From: Balamuthia mandrillaris
Lineage: Eukaryota
Assembly: GCA_031835245.2 (NCBI GenBank)
Contig: JAVKOQ020000014.1
Coordinates: 310,001 to 374,000, forward strand
Length of the DNA stretch: 64,000 bases
Direction: 5' to 3'
Both the position numbers and the translations under genes were made by a program. The notes beneath the pieces were generated by a model. The model saw only the letters and a program-made list of their open reading frames with translations, ran no database searches and was not told where the DNA came from. Every line of letters starts with the position of its first letter. Position 1 is the stretch's first letter. Below, piece after piece: positions 61,050 to 64,000 of this stretch.

Positions 61050-61475
61050 CAAAAATCAAAATTACGGCTGCTGATGACCATAAAAGGTTTTTGCGTTTCT
61101 GATCTCTGTGGAGATCACCTACCTCAAACTTGGCTTGGCTGCATTGCGCCGCTTCAGCTGGACTGTTCGTTATGCTCTCCCCTCCCCCCCTTTGAGCAAC
61201 AGCATCGGCCCCGGCGGGGTCGGTTTCCCGATTGCCAACGACTTGTCTCCTCCAGGCTAAGGAAGGGAGGGAATCCTGAGCGACCAGGTGCCGCCACACG
61301 AGCAACGGCAATTAAAACGGCCTTCCAAGCGATTCCAAGGAGGAGAGCGAGCCAAGTGACGAAAGCGCTGACATGGAGAACAGTGAATCAAGTGATGGGG
61401 AGCAGCCAAAACGATGGGACAGAGAGCGAGGGAGATGGAAGTTCTTCCTCTCTTCGCTTTTGCTTGCTTCTTTAA
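61050..61475 (+). pseudogene. Family A relic A4 (degenerate exon 3 and 3' flank only)
   Basis: Homologous to exon 3 (GGFPIANDL, SDSKEESEPSDES, SSQNDGTESEGDGSSSSLRFCLLL) with frameshifts; 3' flank homologous to A2/A3 up to ~61630. Confidence 0.75.
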
Positions 61476-62133
61476 AATCACTTTGTTAAAAGCACGTTAA
61501 GGGTGGTTGACGACAATCGAGTGAACAAACGACATCGCTAGTATAATGTAAGCTTGACCCGTTTCCGCCTTCTTTTCGTTGTCAACTCTACCTCCTCATC
61601 GCAGACACATCTTGCTTTTCCCTTTCTTGTGTTACTTTGGGCTTCTTGACAAAAACTTCTTCAATACATTAAATTCCTTCTTTCGTTGAACTTCTTAGCT
61701 TTTCCCTTTCTTCTCCTTTAACTGGTCTGCGTTTCCCTTCCCTGGAATCTGGACTGTTGTCTTCCGCGGTTTAGCAGACGGAGAAAGAAGACAAGGAAAA
61801 GCAAAAGAAGAAGAGGAAGAAGAACCAGAACGTGACCCAAAGTAAGTTACAACAGAAATAGGGAAGCTGATGTACCCAGCGAAACCCATTCCTTTCCCCT
61901 CCTTTCCTTTCCGCAAACACCTTCTGCCTCGAACAAGGCTCATCATCCCTTTCAAGGTGTACTTCATTAACGTACAGTTAGTGGTGGCCTTGTGGCATTA
62001 AGTATATCATAAAATTAAGTTAGCATTACACGGGTTGGCTTGTGGAGTTATTGTATCGCGTTGAGTAAAAACCGCCGAGTCCCCACAAAACCACGTACAC
62101 CAAAGACTCGACGCAACAAAACAGCTTCCACAC

Positions 62134-63093
62134 ATGAAACAAACGTTTTTGCTGTTGTGTGCTGTCCTACTTTCCGGCTTTGTCGTAAGTCAAGGTTTGA
62201 GAAAAAAACACCTATATTCCTGAGAGCCTCCAAACCAACCCGATACTTTATTCTAACGTGTTCTTTTACTTTTATTTCAAACACAACGAAGGATGCCGTT
62301 GCACCTTTGCGGGCCATCTTTATTTGTTCACATCTTCTTGTGAGGAGGCCAATTTCTTCCGTTGCCAAAACCTAACCGTCCATGGAGGGGAGTGCGTAGT
62401 CATCAGTGAGGGCAGCATGTATGTGGACTGCCTTGCGCAACGCTACCACGCCTATAACTCCTCCGACTGCTCCGGGCCTGTGGGCAGCGCTGTTGTTCCC
62501 GACCTGTGCCTGGTTTCCCCGGTTTCATCGACCAGGGTAAAGTGGAACGAAGACTGTAACGGCGAGCCAGTCCCCTTGGAGAACAGCGAAGAATGTGAGC
62601 CCGTGCGTGAACCTGAGGATGGTCCCTGCTTCTTTGCTTTTTCGTTATCGCCACCTTTCTTGGTGGGTTCTCATCCTCTCCATTCCGTCTCAACACAGAT
62701 GAGGCCTGTTTCGTCTCGATGAAAGTCAGCAACAACTGCAATGGGCGGACGGAGGCGGATTGCCTGGGCAATTGGTGGCTCAACCACAACGAATGCAAGG
62801 CTCTTCCTGGCATCGGCAGCGTCAAGGCCGACTGCGTCAACAAAATCGCTCTCCTCTTCGGGAACGTGACCGACTGCACCGGCCCGGCCGTCTCCGTTGC
62901 CGACGATCTGTGTTTTCCGGTGGAGGAAGAGCTTGCATTTAGCGCCAAGTGGGGCGAGACATGCGAAGGCGAGCCGAGAGAAGAAAGCGATGACACGGAG
63001 GATGGCGAGGAGAGCAGCCAAAACGACGGCTCAGAGAATGAGGGAGATGGTAGTTCTTCCGCTTCCTCTCTTCGCTTTGACTTGCTTTTTTGA
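62134..63093 (+). CDS. Family A copy A5 (exons 62134-62194, 62292-62621, 62699-63093)
   Basis: MKQTFLLLCAVLLSGFVVSQ|GCRCTFA...; same Cys pattern; ends GSSSASSLRFDLLF. Confidence 0.85.
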
Positions 63094-63286
63094 GTTTGTT
63101 TACGTTTGTGTTTGACCTACGATAGTACCTGCAACAAGGAATGATCCCTACTTACATACGCAAGAGAGGTTGTCTTGGTTTTGTTTTTAGTGTTCTTCAT
63201 TCTATTTTCTCCAGTAAGCACAAGAGAAGTTTAAAAAAAAAACAAGTGAGAAGAGAAGAGTAAACTCATTACTATCATGTGGAACA

Positions 63287-64000
63287 TCAGCGGAACGGAT
63301 CGGAAGGATATCTACAACAAGGACACCTCTTTGTGCTCTTCTCTAACCCCTCCAAGAACGCTTCGCTGGGTTGCCACCTCTTCTTGCTGTAGTATAAATG
63401 AAAGCCGCCGATCACTTTCATTCCTTTCCGCAACAAACGCAACACCACTCCTTCGTCTTGCTTATTTTTGCCAAAGAGAACGTCCCAATCCAACTCCCAG
63501 CTAAACAGTTGAGAGCCGGTGCAGGAATATGGTCCCCATGGATTGAACTCGACGATGGTGGCCACATCCGCTTCTTTGTGGTAGACGATATCCAGAATGT
63601 AGTTCTCGAATGGAAGCAATGGATGCACTTGACTGTTTGTTTCAAGAAAAAGGTAAGCTTGATTTGTTCTTTTTTTCTGTTTTTCTTCTTCTTGTTCTTG
63701 TTCTTGTTCTTGTTGTTTTGCTTTTCTTCTTCTTCTTCTTCTTCTTCTTCTTCTTCTCTCACTCCTCTCTTTGTCTCTCCTCTCTTAATCTTCATCTCTG
63801 CAAATACCTTTCCTCTTCTATCTTGTCCACTTCTTTCAGTTCGTTAAGAAAATAGGTTTCTCGCTTTCTCTCTTGCGCTCTCTCTCCCTCTCTCAGAACA
63901 ACGAACCTTTGAAGTCGCTTCACAGCATCGATCAAGTTTTGTTGTAAAGCTTTATCCTCAGCCAGCTCTGGAATGTACTTTTGCCAACACAATTGATTGA
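63287..64000 (-). CDS. Cdc123/D123 (R2K) ATP-grasp family protein; 3' part only, 5' end lies beyond the window
   Basis: LPFENYILDI...IVEFNPWGPYSCTGSQLFSWELDWDVL. Confidence 0.65.

Noticed and set aside
1..64000. Autonomous mobile element, Fanzor/TnpB, reverse transcriptase or integrated virus core genes
   Set aside because: No transposase, RT, RuvC, integrase or capsid motifs were recognised in any frame.

Overview
This is intron-rich eukaryotic nuclear DNA, not prokaryotic. It has short GT-AG introns filled with (TC)n/(TTC)n/(TTTC)n microsatellites and compact intergenic spacers. The gene set (myotubularin-Roco kinase, CRT-like transporter, intronless GCPW-type ankyrin genes) suggests an amoebozoan such as Balamuthia or Acanthamoeba; this is inference. 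Bases 1-50,000 hold mostly conserved genes: CRT-like, V-ATPase Ac45-like, syntaxin, ARM protein, an ~11-kb PH-GRAM-myotubularin-LRR-Roc-COR-kinase gene, F-box, GT31, UNG, Mis18, ankyrin, Bdp1, two initiator tRNA-Met genes, D-amino-acid oxidase, GH76, MLO-EF-hand and PARN. Bases 50,400-63,100 are an accessory array of duplicated cassettes encoding two unrecognised secreted Cys-rich families. Family A has 4 intact copies and 1 relic; family B has 1 intact copy and 1 pseudogene. They share a short C-terminal motif, family A has a strongly conserved upstream element and patchy amino-acid divergence, and a perfect 38-bp hairpin sits at a cassette junction. This array is the best candidate for an undescribed system (variant surface or recognition proteins). 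Other highlights are a tail-anchored PNLDC1-like PARN, an MLO-calmodulin fusion, a Roco with degenerate phosphatase and GTPase motifs, and a recurrent 16-bp promoter motif CCAATGAAAAATCAAA. Exon boundaries were read by eye, several 5' ends are uncertain, and no database search was run.
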